Below, piece after piece: positions 20,638-30,430 of a stretch of DNA of 64,000 bases. The position numbers and the translations under genes are program-made. Source of the stretch: an uncultured delta proteobacterium (GTDB lineage Bacteria > Desulfobacterota > Desulfobacteria > Desulfobacterales > Desulfatirhabdiaceae). The stretch's first letter is position 1; each line of letters begins with the position of its first letter. A model generated the notes under the pieces. The model saw nothing but the letters and a program-made list of their open reading frames with translations, ran no database searches and was not told the DNA's origin. The stretch lies in NCBI GenBank assembly GCA_963789395.1, contig CAWBKP010000013.1, forward strand, positions 32,001-96,000, read 5' to 3'.

Positions 20638-21263
20638 TAACGCCAGCCCCCCCGGTGCTGCCTGCCGGGGGGATCCAGTTTGATTTTTATTGCGAAGCGT
20701 ATTCATGCTGGATGCTTAAAAGCAGTTGCGAGGCAAGACAGCGGCGGGCCATAACCGGCCATTATGAAAACCGCACAACTTACGCGAGCGCCGGATGTGG
20801 GAGCTGCCGGCAGTTAAAGGGGGAGCATTTGGAAGAAAAAGATGGAAAAGCTGAAAAAAAATGTAAGGGGCCGTGTGGGAGAACTCTCACTCTGGATGAA
20901 TTCGGCAAACACAAAAACATGAAAGACGGCAAGGATTCATGGTGTAAACAATGCCGGTCAAAGGCTTCAAAGGCATGGTATGAAAAGAATAAGAAGAAGC
21001 CGGTAGCCAAAAAGACGGGCGTTGATGAGAAGTTGAAGAAAAAACTCTCCAAGTTGACGCGACCGCCACGCGAGGCAGACGCGCAACCGTTATTACAGCC
21101 TTCGGGCTTTTCACCCATTGGCCCCTTATCTACCCCGGTAACGGTCGATTTCTCAGGTCACAAGGATATCTTTGAAGCCATATCAGATATGGCACGGAAT
21201 GAGTTCAGGCCGCTGGACCTGCAAATACTTTACATGCTTCAAAAACAGGTTAATCAGATATAA
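20625..21263 (+). CDS. Cys-rich zinc-finger phage protein
   Basis: KKCKGPCG.TLTLDEF.K....KDG..SWCKQC. Confidence 0.65.
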   Translation: MEPVITPAPPVLPAGGIQFDFYCEAYSCWMLKSSCEARQRRAITGHYENRTTYASAGCGSCRQLKGEHLEEKDGKAEKKCKGPCGRTLTLDEFGKHKNMKDGKDSWCKQCRSKASKAWYEKNKKKPVAKKTGVDEKLKKKLSKLTRPPREADAQPLLQPSGFSPIGPLSTPVTVDFSGHKDIFEAISDMARNEFRPLDLQILYMLQKQVNQI

Positions 21264-21276
21264 GGGGGCCGCTGCC

Positions 21277-21522
21277 GTGTTGACAAATGCTGAACTTGAC
21301 GCAATGGCTAATCTGTTGGCCTCAAAGATCATCGACATCATGGAGTCCAAGAAACCCATGATGCGATGGCTTACCGTGAAACAGGCCAAGGAGTATTCGG
21401 GATTGAAATCCGACAACACTATCCGTCGATGGATAAATGAAGGCTATATCCACGCGAATAAGACCACGGGCGAATGGAGAATCGATAGAGAATCCATTGA
21501 TGACTGGTTGAAACAGGATTGA
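21277..21522 (+). CDS. xis: Excisionase (HTH_17-like)
   Basis: WLTVKQAKEYSG....TIRRWINEG.I.A....GEWRIDRESIDDWL, directly upstream of int. Confidence 0.85.
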   Translation: MLTNAELDAMANLLASKIIDIMESKKPMMRWLTVKQAKEYSGLKSDNTIRRWINEGYIHANKTTGEWRIDRESIDDWLKQD

Positions 21523-21529
21523 CATAGAG

Positions 21530-22564
21530 ATGACAATTCGATATTCCAAGAATATGGCAACACTTTGGAAACACCCACAACACGGAACTTATTCTGCTGT
21601 CTGGCAGGATGGCAAGCGGCAGCGCCGGAAGTCTCTCGACACCAAAGACGAGAGGATAGCCAAAAAGAGGTTCCGCGAATTTGAAAGGGATCGCCTTGCA
21701 GGAAAGGTTATCCCGATGCACAATACCTCTACGATCCTTTTCAGCCAGTTCACAGAAGAACTGATAGGCCATATAGAATCAAGGCTGTCAGTCGCAACGG
21801 TAAAGATCACGGCAACATCCCTCAAAAAGATCATCCATTACGTCGGAGATATTAGGCTGGCGTCTCTGACAACCCGTCACCTTGAAAAGATGATGGAGCT
21901 TATGATCGCTGATGGCATTGCGAAGCCGACCATCAACAAATATATGCGGCATATCAAAATGGCCATTAAAAAAGCCATCGAATGGGAATACATTGAAAAG
22001 TTTCGGTTCCCGAAGCCGTTTTCACTCCAGGAGCATATTCGCTATTTAACGACCGAGCAACTGACTAAGCTTTTCTCAGTAATGGACGATCAGGAATTCG
22101 CGGACTTTTGCCTGTTCTGCTGTTACACCGGGCTCAGGTCCGGGGAGATTATCAGATTGCGGTGGGATGATATTGATAACCCGGAGGGTTTTATCAGGAT
22201 CCGATCAGAACAGAAAAATAAAAAAGAAGACCGGGTTCCCGTTCATGCGGCGGCGAGGGCAATCCTCGAAAGACGCAAAAAAGATGTCGGGCCGGTTTTT
22301 CGATTCAAGTCGATCCATGACATCTCGCACAAGTTTAAGGCTTGCGCTGACAAGGCGATGCTTACGGGATGCAGGTTTCACGATTTGAGGCACACATACG
22401 CAAGCCATCTTGCCATGGCTGGTGAGGATTTAAAGAGTATTCAGGAGTTAATGCGCCACCGCTCGATAGCATCCACAATGGTTTACGCGAAAGTCTCACC
22501 TGACCATTTACGGGAAGTCAATTCCCGCCTCAATTACGGGTTCGCGCCGGCAGCAAAAAAATAA
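21530..22564 (+). CDS. int: Tyrosine integrase
   Basis: TGLRSGE, K, FHDLRHT, MRH, TMVY catalytic residues; N-terminal arm-binding domain. Confidence 0.97.
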   Translation: MTIRYSKNMATLWKHPQHGTYSAVWQDGKRQRRKSLDTKDERIAKKRFREFERDRLAGKVIPMHNTSTILFSQFTEELIGHIESRLSVATVKITATSLKKIIHYVGDIRLASLTTRHLEKMMELMIADGIAKPTINKYMRHIKMAIKKAIEWEYIEKFRFPKPFSLQEHIRYLTTEQLTKLFSVMDDQEFADFCLFCCYTGLRSGEIIRLRWDDIDNPEGFIRIRSEQKNKKEDRVPVHAAARAILERRKKDVGPVFRFKSIHDISHKFKACADKAMLTGCRFHDLRHTYASHLAMAGEDLKSIQELMRHRSIASTMVYAKVSPDHLREVNSRLNYGFAPAAKK

Positions 22565-22569
22565 GATAT

Positions 22570-22618
22570 GCACTACGATTACACTACAGTGGCAAAGAAT
22601 ATTGAATTATTTCAATAT
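22570..22618. promoter_or_regulatory. Putative att arm-type sites and palindrome
   Basis: CACTAC direct repeat 11 bp apart (22571, 22582); ATATTGAA-ttat-TTCAATAT (22599-22618). Confidence 0.5.
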
Positions 22619-22624
22619 GTATTA

Positions 22625-22668
22625 AAGGATTTTAAGTCCCTTGCGTCTACCTGTTCCGCCACCCAGGC
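22625..22668 (-). tRNA. 5' half of tRNA-Leu(TAA), truncated after the anticodon arm; prophage att junction
   Basis: GCCTGGGTGGCGGAACAGGTAGACGCAAGGGACTTAAAATCCTT, then non-tRNA sequence (no variable or T arm). Confidence 0.9.
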
Positions 22669-22711
22669 TGATTGGAATTAAACGGCAGATTGATGAAAAA
22701 ATCACTGGTGT

Positions 22712-22740
22712 TTAATACATGATGAGCAGTGTAAATGCAA
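22712..22740 (-). promoter_or_regulatory. sigma70-like promoter of the tRNA-Leu gene
   Basis: TTGCAT-N17-TATTAA on the minus strand, ~45 nt upstream of the tRNA 5' end. Confidence 0.65.
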
Positions 22741-22965
22741 GGATCAAAATCTGCCCGCCTGGATGCTTGATTGGGATTCATTGACATGCTGAGGCCAGAC
22801 AGTTTCGGATAAATACTTGTGGTTTTTGTGTCAGGCTGATATTAAAATTTGTTATGTGGTTCATTAGGAAGACCGACCGGCAAGGTTAGCGATTGCGTTT
22901 TTTTCTCAGCGCTAACCCATAGCAGAATCAATCCGCTTATACTTATTGTTATACAGGATATTGTC

Positions 22966-23481
22966 ATGAAAGGTTACGTTCAGGTGTACACAGGAGACGG
23001 AAAGGGAAAGACCACGGCAGCACTTGGCCTTTCCCTTCGGGCTGCGGGCGCCGGCCTGAAGGTGTTTATCGCCCAGTTTATCAAAATGGGCGATTACAGT
23101 GAAGTCAGAGCGCTGCAACGTTTCTCGGATTTGATTACCGTTGAGCAGTATGGCCTTGGGCGGTTTATCAAGGAAAAACCTTCAATTGACGATATCGAAG
23201 CTGCCAAAAAAGGACTTGATAGAGTCCATGCCGTTCTGATGGATGCGCAGCACGATGTGGTGATCATGGAAGAGGCCAATGTCGCTGTGATATGCGGGCT
23301 TTTTTCTGCCGATGACATCCTCGGGCTGATCGCCGCCAAGCCGGATTCTGTTGAACTGATCATTACAGGCCGGGGAGCAGATCCCCGGATTATCGAAAAA
23401 GCCGATCTGGTTACCGAGATGCAATGCATCAAGCACAATTACAACCAGGGGGTTGAGGCCAGAGTCGGCATTGAAAAGTGA
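22966..23481 (+). CDS. cobO: Cob(I)yrinic acid a,c-diamide adenosyltransferase
   Basis: VQVYTGDGKGKTTAALG..RA.G...QFIK...ITGR...ADLVTEM. Confidence 0.95.
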   Translation: MKGYVQVYTGDGKGKTTAALGLSLRAAGAGLKVFIAQFIKMGDYSEVRALQRFSDLITVEQYGLGRFIKEKPSIDDIEAAKKGLDRVHAVLMDAQHDVVIMEEANVAVICGLFSADDILGLIAAKPDSVELIITGRGADPRIIEKADLVTEMQCIKHNYNQGVEARVGIEK

Positions 23482-23487
23482 TCCGGG

Positions 23488-24282
23488 ATGATGCGCATCA
23501 TAGCTGATAATCTGCGGATTACCCAAAAAACCATCGAAACCGCAGTGGCAGAAAATGATGCTTTTCCGCTGCAGGAGCTGGCGAAACGATGCCAGTTGGC
23601 CGGAGCCGACGGGATCGACATCAACTCCGGTCCCCTTTACCATGATCCGGAATCACGGATGACTTTCATGGTAGAAGCTATCCAGGAAGTCACTATTCTT
23701 CCCCTGATTCTTGACACTTCAAACCCGAAAGCATTGAAAGCCGGGCTTCTTGCCAGCAAAACTCCCGTTACCCTCAATGGACTTTCTCTGGAGCCATCCA
23801 AGCTCGAACATATCCTGCCGCTTGCGGCAGAACATCAGTGCGATCTTGTCTGTTATCTGCTGTATCCAAATGGGCACGTCCCGCCGGACAGCGCAGAACG
23901 CCTGAATGTCGCGGTTTCGCTGTATCAGAAATGCATCGAAACCGGAGTCGAACCCGACCGTGTGATTATCGATCCGGTTGTGGCCCCGCTTTCCTGGCAG
24001 GACGGGTTGTTTCAGGCCAGAGAGGTGCTGACCGTCATCAAAACCCTTCCGGAACTCCTGGGCTTTCCCGTCCGAACCATCGCCGGTCTGTCCAATCTGA
24101 CGGCTGGCGCAAGGGATCCAATCAAAAAACAGCTGGCCGAGCAGACCTATTTGCCGATGCTGGCCGCATCCGGGCTGAGCATGATTCTGATGAATGTCCT
24201 TAACGCCGAATCGGTTCGTATGGCCCGCATGTGTCGCCTGTTTTCCCGGGAATCAATTTTCACGTGGGAAATGGTCGGCTGA
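23488..24282 (+). CDS. Pterin-binding TIM-barrel methyltransferase (AcsE/MeTr-like, DHPS fold)
   Basis: GADGIDINSG, LILDTSN, IIDP, GLSN. Confidence 0.85.
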   Translation: MMRIIADNLRITQKTIETAVAENDAFPLQELAKRCQLAGADGIDINSGPLYHDPESRMTFMVEAIQEVTILPLILDTSNPKALKAGLLASKTPVTLNGLSLEPSKLEHILPLAAEHQCDLVCYLLYPNGHVPPDSAERLNVAVSLYQKCIETGVEPDRVIIDPVVAPLSWQDGLFQAREVLTVIKTLPELLGFPVRTIAGLSNLTAGARDPIKKQLAEQTYLPMLAASGLSMILMNVLNAESVRMARMCRLFSRESIFTWEMVG

Positions 24283-24286
24283 CCTT

Positions 24287-24574
24287 TCAGGATGGTTTTT
24301 GCGGGGTTAATGCGGCCAGTGCCGCTTCAAACCGGGAATTAATATCAACCGTCATCCGGGCGGCCTCATTCAGCAAATCAGCCGTCGCATCCATGCGGTT
24401 CTCCCTGGCTTTTTCCGCCCATCCCCGGTAAGTTCCGGCATGATCGTCATTGTGCCGAATCCAGTGATCCAGCAGCTTGACCATTTTTTCTTCAAAGGAC
24501 ATTTCGGTTTGAACTTCGTGATGGTGATGGTGGTCGTGATCGTGGCAGTGTTCGTGTTCGTGATGATGGGACAT
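24287..24574 (-). CDS. His-rich small metal-binding protein
   Basis: MSHHHEHEHCHDHDHHHHH...LLDHWIRHNDDHA..Y..WA. Confidence 0.85.
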   Translation of the reverse strand: MSHHHEHEHCHDHDHHHHHEVQTEMSFEEKMVKLLDHWIRHNDDHAGTYRGWAEKARENRMDATADLLNEAARMTVDINSRFEAALAALTPQKPS

Positions 24575-24847
24575 ATCTCCCCCTTCTTGTCTTTTCATGT
24601 TGGAAGGTGAATGGTTCATGATGATTCCCCTTATATCCCAGCTTTTGACAGCATTCAAGCCGGAATAACGCTCCGATTCATTCGATGCCTTATGCCAGGC
24701 GATTTATAAAAGCATAATTTGACTTTTCATGAAGCAATCATTACTTATAAAAAATATGTGGTCAAAATCGCCTGTGGAGGTTTTTACAAGACGATTTGGG
24801 ATGCAGTGATGACTGAATGGTAATTTGACAACAGAGGAGTGGATGTT

Positions 24848-25537
24848 ATGAAAAAATGGAAATGTCTGGTTTGCGGTTATGTTCACACGGGAGATGAGCC
24901 ACCTGAAAAATGTCCGGTTTGCGGAGCGGATCGCAGCAAATTCGTTGAACTTGTTGAAGAGCCCCTCAGCAGAACGAGACCCCCGCTCAGGAAGCTCCTT
25001 CCGAGGCTCCCGAACAACCCGCACCAGATCACGGATGGGTCAGACTTACCGGAAAATGATATCCCCCAGCCAGCGCAGACCGCCATTCAGAAATATTACG
25101 CAGTCATCACGGGGTTGATGGTCAAATATCACGCCCATCCCATCACCGTCCATATCCCCAACGGCGTCCTGCCGGTAGCCGTTCTCTTTCTGGTGCTTTC
25201 CATGCTGTTTCAGGCAGCCGGACTGGAAGCCGCTTCATTTTACAATATGATCATCGTGGTGCTGGTCATGCCCAAGGTCCTGTTCACCGGTTACAACGAC
25301 TGGAAACACCGGCTCGGCGGCAATTTGACCAATCTGATCTTAACAAAAATGATCTGCGGCGCCATCGTTTTCCTGATGGGGCTCTTTCTGGTTGTCTGGC
25401 GATGGATGGACCCGATGGTTGCCCTGGCGTCATCCCCGTCACGCATCACGTATCTGCTACTCCATCTGGTCATTCTCTGTGCCGCTGTCCTTGCCGGGTA
25501 CCTGGGCGGCAAGCTCATCCGGTTCCCTGGAGATTGA
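24848..25537 (+). CDS. Rubredoxin-like domain fused to a DUF2231-like membrane domain
   Basis: [10 protein letters not shown]...[17 protein letters not shown] plus four hydrophobic segments; GYLGGKL. Confidence 0.85.
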   Translation: MKKWKCLVCGYVHTGDEPPEKCPVCGADRSKFVELVEEPLSRTRPPLRKLLPRLPNNPHQITDGSDLPENDIPQPAQTAIQKYYAVITGLMVKYHAHPITVHIPNGVLPVAVLFLVLSMLFQAAGLEAASFYNMIIVVLVMPKVLFTGYNDWKHRLGGNLTNLILTKMICGAIVFLMGLFLVVWRWMDPMVALASSPSRITYLLLHLVILCAAVLAGYLGGKLIRFPGD

Positions 25538-25544
25538 CCGGAGC

Positions 25545-26335
25545 ATGAAATACATCGAACTGGATGACATCCAAAGGCCTGCCCGAGGGCGCCATCGATG
25601 ATGACACGTTGTTTGCATTCGACTGCAATCCCGGGGTTTCCTGCTTCAACCGTTGCTGTCACAACCTCAACCTGTTTTTGTACCCCTATGATGTCATCCG
25701 GCTGAAGCACCACCTGAAACTGTCCTCGGATGCGTTTCTGGAAAGGCACGTGGATGTGGTGCTTCGTGACGGCTGCTTTTTCCCGGAAGTACTGCTGTCC
25801 ATGTCGGAACTTCCGGAAAAACCCTGCCCGTTTCTATCGGCTTCCGGCTGTTCCGTGTATCCGCATCGCCCGGAAGCCTGCCGCATGTTCCCGATCGAGC
25901 AGGGACTTGTCTATGACGCCAAAACCCGCCGGAATCGAAAAATCCATTACTTCAAGCCGCCCGGGTTCTGCCAGGGTGCAAAAGGCGGAAAACACTGGAC
26001 GCCGGCCGCATGGATCAAGGATCAGGGCGCTGAAGACGTATAATAAAATGACGCAACGGTGGTCCGAGCTGATGCGACTGTTCCGCAGCGATCCCTGGGC
26101 CGGCGAGGGCCCGGACGGAAAACGGGTTAAAATGGCATTCATGGCAGCCTACAACATGGATGCATTTCGGGAATTTGTATTTAACAGCAGTTTTTTGAAG
26201 CGCTACCGGATCGCATCCGCGATCCTGTATAAAGCCAGAACCGATGATGTGGAACTGCTGAAAATCGGACTGGCCTGGATCGAGCTGTTTGTCTGGGGGA
26301 AATCATCCCCGCTGCTGAAACCCAGAAAAGGCTGA
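25545..26335 (+). CDS. YkgJ-family cysteine-cluster protein (frameshifted)
   Basis: FDCNPGVSCFNRCC...CPFL...GCSVYPHRPEACRMFP. Confidence 0.88.
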
Positions 26336-26337
26336 GT

Positions 26338-27154
26338 CTACACTACTCCTTCCGGCATGGGCGCCACGGCCTCGCCGCCCAGAACATATCCGCCGTCCAG
26401 CCGCAGGACGCTTCCGGTCATAAACGGTGCATCCCGCACCACAAAAAGAACCGCCTTTACAACATCTTCGATTTTACCCATGCGCCCGACCAGCGTATGT
26501 GCAGACAATCGCCTGCTGCTGCTGCGCCGTCAGCAGGCCCCACCCCCTGGTTTGATCGCCATGCCGGGTTTCGACCAGTCCCAGCATGATTTCATTGACC
26601 CGGACCTCCGGCGCCCCGATCCGGGCCCAGGTTTCGGTCAGAAGCGATACGCCCCTGCTGGCGGCCGCATATCCTTCGTTAAACACATAGGCGGCAGGAC
26701 CGGATCTGCCCACAATCCCCGCAATCGAGGAAAAATTGATCACAACGCCGTTTGGGCTTGCTTTTAAAAAAGGCAGGGCAGCGTTAAACACCCACATTTT
26801 CGCGCGAAGGGTGGTGGCCATTTCCAGATCCCACTGCTCCGGCGTATACTGCCCGTGAACCACCGGCCAGCCGCCCCGTTCGATATTGTTGACCAGAATA
26901 TCTATCCTGCCGAACCGGTCCATCACCTGCTGAACAAGCGCTTGAATGCCGGAGGTATCCAATAGATCCGTCCGAACGATCAGCGCACGTGAACCATAAG
27001 GGGCCACATCGTCTTTCAGCGCTGCCAGACTTTCTTCCCAGTCATAATAATTAAAGACAACCCGTGCACCCTGGCGCAGGAGTTCCAGCCCGATGCCCTT
27101 TCCAATGCCTTTAATGGCGCCCAGTACCAGCGCAACGCAGCCTTCAATTTCCAT
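26338..27154 (-). CDS. SDR-family oxidoreductase (frameshift near 26495)
   Basis: LGAIKGIG, DILVNN, SSIAG, YAAAS, MTGSVLRLDGG. Confidence 0.88.
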
Positions 27155-28946
27155 TTTGAGACTCCAGCTCCTCCCACCGCAGGCAGGCGGTTTCGATTTC
27201 CTGCTCAAGGGCCTCCAGCCTGGCCTTTGCTTCGGCGATTTTCTCGCCGGCCTGCTGGTAAAAAGACGGATCGGACATGGCCTGATACAGATTTTTCTGC
27301 TCGTCTTCAAGCGCATCAATTCGCTGCGGCAAAGCTTCCAGCTCCCGCTGCTGCTTGAAGGTCAGTGTCTGGCGGGATTCACGCGCCGGCTTTGGTTTTG
27401 CGCCCTTTGGTTTTTCCGCCTTGGCCGGCGGTTCAGGAAGCTTTCGCTGGCGCAGCCAGTCGTCATAGCCCCCCACGTACTCACCGACACGGCCCTGGCC
27501 TTCCAGAACAAGCGTACTGGTCACGACATTGTTGAGGAAAGCCCGGTCGTGACTGACCAGAAGCAGGGTCCCCGTATAGTCAAAGAGGAGCTCCTCCAGA
27601 AGCTCCAGGGTATCGGTGTCCAGATCGTTAGTGGGCTCATCCATGATCAGGACATTGGACGGTTTGGTGAAGAGTTTGGCCAGCAGCAGACGGTTTCGTT
27701 CTCCGCCGGAGAGGATCCTGACCGGAGACCGGCTGCGTTCCGGAGAAAAGAGAAAATCCTGAAGATAACCGATGATATGCCGGGACCTGCCATTGAATTG
27801 AACCGTATCGTTTCCTTCTCCGACATTATCGGCTACGGATTTGTTCTCATCAAGCTGGGCGCGAAGCTGGTCAAAATAGACCATTTCCAGTCGGACGCCG
27901 TGCCGGAGCGACCCTTTCTGCGGCAGCGTATCCCCCAGCAGCAGGCGAAGCAGCGTGGTTTTGCCGGAGCCGTTCGGGCCCATGATCCCTATCTTGTCGC
28001 CGCGCTGAATGACGGTTGAAAAATCACGGATCACCGGGGACTCGGGGTCATAACCAAAACCGACATCTTCAGCCTCGACCACGAGCTTTCCGGAACGCCC
28101 GGCCTCCTGGGCCCGCAGCCGGACCGATCCCACCCGGTCGCGCCGGTCGCGCCGCTCCTCCCGCATCTTTTCCAGCATGCGCACGCGGCCTTCATTGCGG
28201 GTCCGTCTGGCCTTGACACCTTGCCGGATCCAGGTTTCCTCCCGGGCCAGCTTCTTGTCAAATTCGGCCCATTGTCCGGCTTCCGCCTCAAGGGTTGCCT
28301 GTTTCCGCTTTTGAAACGTTCCGTAGTCGCAGGACCAGTCTGTGAGAATCCCCCGATCCAGCTCGAAAATTCGGCCGGCCAACTTCTGGAGAAACATCCG
28401 GTCGTGGGTGACAAAGAGCAGGGTTCCGCCGTAGCGCAGCAGAAATTCTTCCATCCAGCCGATAGCGTCAATGTCAAGATGGTTGGTGGGCTCGTCCAGC
28501 AGCAGAATATCCGGGTCGCGCGCCAGGCCTGTTGCAAGCATCACGCGGCGCTTGAGACCGGCAGAGAGCGTTTCAAACCGGGCCTGAGGATCCAGATTCA
28601 TGCGGGAAAGGGTTTTTTCAACCTGCTGGCGCCTGCCCGCATCTTCCAGAGCGGACAGCGCCGGGTCCGTCTCCAGTCCGCCGGAGACCACATCAACCGT
28701 TGCACCGGTCAGGCCCTGCGGCACTTCCTGGGAGAGCATGGCAATCCGCAGGCCCTGCTGACGGACAATTTCGCCGTCATCCGGCTGGATATCGCCATGG
28801 ATCAGCCGCAGCAGGGTCGATTTTCCGGCCCCGTTTCTCCCAAGAAGGCAGATGCGTTCCCCGCGCTCCATCTGAAGACTGACGGTGTCCAGCAGCGGGC
28901 GTCCCCCGAAACTCACACTCACATCTTTAAAGCCGATCAGCGCCAT
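27144..28946 (-). CDS. uup: ABC-F family ATPase Uup
   Basis: Two ABC domains, GVKARRTRNEGRVR linker, C-terminal coiled coil. Confidence 0.93.
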   Translation of the reverse strand: MALIGFKDVSVSFGGRPLLDTVSLQMERGERICLLGRNGAGKSTLLRLIHGDIQPDDGEIVRQQGLRIAMLSQEVPQGLTGATVDVVSGGLETDPALSALEDAGRRQQVEKTLSRMNLDPQARFETLSAGLKRRVMLATGLARDPDILLLDEPTNHLDIDAIGWMEEFLLRYGGTLLFVTHDRMFLQKLAGRIFELDRGILTDWSCDYGTFQKRKQATLEAEAGQWAEFDKKLAREETWIRQGVKARRTRNEGRVRMLEKMREERRDRRDRVGSVRLRAQEAGRSGKLVVEAEDVGFGYDPESPVIRDFSTVIQRGDKIGIMGPNGSGKTTLLRLLLGDTLPQKGSLRHGVRLEMVYFDQLRAQLDENKSVADNVGEGNDTVQFNGRSRHIIGYLQDFLFSPERSRSPVRILSGGERNRLLLAKLFTKPSNVLIMDEPTNDLDTDTLELLEELLFDYTGTLLLVSHDRAFLNNVVTSTLVLEGQGRVGEYVGGYDDWLRQRKLPEPPAKAEKPKGAKPKPARESRQTLTFKQQRELEALPQRIDALEDEQKNLYQAMSDPSFYQQAGEKIAEAKARLEALEQEIETACLRWEELESQNGN

Positions 28947-29001
28947 TCAAAACGCCCATCACGTAACGATACCGGCATTATTCCAGATCCTATTATTAAA
29001 A

Positions 29002-29439
29002 TCACATCGCGCCCGGGTCATATCTTGATTGCTGATATTTCCGCCTCAGGGCCTTGGTCTTTCCCCTTTTAACCTTGCTGTCCAGACGTTTTTCCTGAGA
29101 ACTGCGCGTGCGTCGGGTGGGCCTACGCAGCTTAGGGGATATGGCCACGCTCCGGATAAGCTCCTGAAGTCTGCGAAGGGCTTCCTCCCTGTTCTTTTCC
29201 CGGCTCCGGTGCTGCTGCGCCTTGATCACAATGACGCCATCCTGGCTGATGCGATGATCCTTCAGTTCTAACAGCCGTTCCTTGTAAAAATCGGGAAGTG
29301 ATGACGCATCGATATCAAAGCGCAGGTGGATGGCGGTAGAAACCTTGTTGACATTCTGGCCGCCTGCTCCCTGTGCCCGAATCGCAACAATTTCGATTTC
29401 GGTGTCAGGGAGGGCAATGGCGTCGGAGATTTGCAGCAT
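29002..29439 (-). CDS. arfB: Alternative ribosome rescue peptidyl-tRNA hydrolase
   Basis: [15 protein letters not shown] and basic tail RRPTRRT...KRLDSK. Confidence 0.95.
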   Translation of the reverse strand: MLQISDAIALPDTEIEIVAIRAQGAGGQNVNKVSTAIHLRFDIDASSLPDFYKERLLELKDHRISQDGVIVIKAQQHRSREKNREEALRRLQELIRSVAISPKLRRPTRRTRSSQEKRLDSKVKRGKTKALRRKYQQSRYDPGAM

Positions 29440-29468
29440 TTGCGGAAGGCAAGAAAAATATCTGACGA

Positions 29469-30029
29469 TTACAGGACAAATGTTCTCTCGAACAGTTCCC
29501 GAATGGCCTTTTTGCCGTTTTCTTCCAGAAAGCGCGTTCCCGTGCCGGCAAAATGCACATGGCTGATGACCGGTTCGTCCCCTTTTTTCCGCTCGACCCA
29601 GTCGGTATGATTCCAGCTGAACCATGCATTGCGCTTCTGATCGAACACATACAACGGTTTGTTGCAGAGTTTGCTGAACTCAGCTCCCCATCCCGTACCG
29701 CCTTTTACGGTTTTATCCGGCAGTATCTCTCCGATTACAAAAACTTCCTGCCCATTATTGATCTGATACCAGATGCTTTGCAGGATTTTACGAAATGTGG
29801 GATTGTCCGTGTAACGGCGGTTCATCAACCGCGACACATATTCCAGGCTCACATCCCCATTTTTCAATTCCTCGCGGTTCAGAAAACGCAGGCCGCGCTG
29901 CCGGACACTGGTGTGTCCTTCAAACGTAAAATTCACCTCATCAATGCCGAAACGCTCGGCATTCACACCAAACTCCGCTTCAGCACCATTGGCGCCGCCG
30001 CTAAATAGAATCACATCTTCCGTCCTCAT
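29469..30029 (-). CDS. Conserved hypothetical protein, possible SLOG/Rossmann-like nucleotide-binding fold
   Basis: FSGGANGAE...GGTGWG...KPLYVFDQ...FAGTGTR. Confidence 0.65.
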   Translation of the reverse strand: MRTEDVILFSGGANGAEAEFGVNAERFGIDEVNFTFEGHTSVRQRGLRFLNREELKNGDVSLEYVSRLMNRRYTDNPTFRKILQSIWYQINNGQEVFVIGEILPDKTVKGGTGWGAEFSKLCNKPLYVFDQKRNAWFSWNHTDWVERKKGDEPVISHVHFAGTGTRFLEENGKKAIRELFERTFVL

Positions 30030-30122
30030 CTTCCGTCCTTTCTTAAACTCCCAGTGGTTTCTGGAAACCCTGCATGATAGGCGTGAAACACTTGGCTCCG
30101 GTCTATCCGGCCATGATGAATG

Positions 30123-30329
30123 TCAGTCGTTGCCCCCTGCCCTGCCGTCATCGCAGGGACCGGAATCGTCATCCATCCGGGAATGCTCCGCGCTTGGCGC
30201 AATTTCACAGACCGGAAGCGGTTCAGCAAGGCGCATGGTCTTTTTGCAGCATTCCGGTTTCGGCTCATCCGCAGCAAGGGTGCGTTTTTTCCCACATGTG
30301 GCACATTCGTATTCAATGCGATCTTTCAT
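30123..30329 (-). CDS. Small Zn-ribbon protein
   Basis: YECATCG...PECCKKTM; AGGAG RBS. Confidence 0.7.
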   Translation of the reverse strand: MKDRIEYECATCGKKRTLAADEPKPECCKKTMRLAEPLPVCEIAPSAEHSRMDDDSGPCDDGRAGGND

Positions 30330-30430
30330 GGCTGGCTCCTTTCTGGCTATTTATTTTCTTTTTTTCCTGCATAGTGTACATGACAACGACACAGATGACA
30401 AGGGGCAGGCCACGCCATCGGCGTTTGGAA

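Larger units (their letters stand above)
1..22668. mobile_element. Integrated temperate prophage (right portion; structural genes presumably beyond the left edge)
   Basis: Terminases, dUTPase, HU, ssb, resolvase, cro/CI switch, Rha, xis and tyrosine integrase, ending at a tRNA-Leu fragment; host housekeeping genes start right after. Confidence 0.95.

Noticed and set aside
22625..22668. Group I intron in tRNA-Leu(UAA)
   Set aside because: The anticodon loop and stem are uninterrupted, and what follows is att/integrase DNA with no 3' exon in the window
27093..29072. Long plus-strand ORFs (308 and 283 aa)
   Set aside because: Antisense shadows of uup in GC-rich coding DNA; the same applies to 34201-34911, 47515-48384 and 61423-62391
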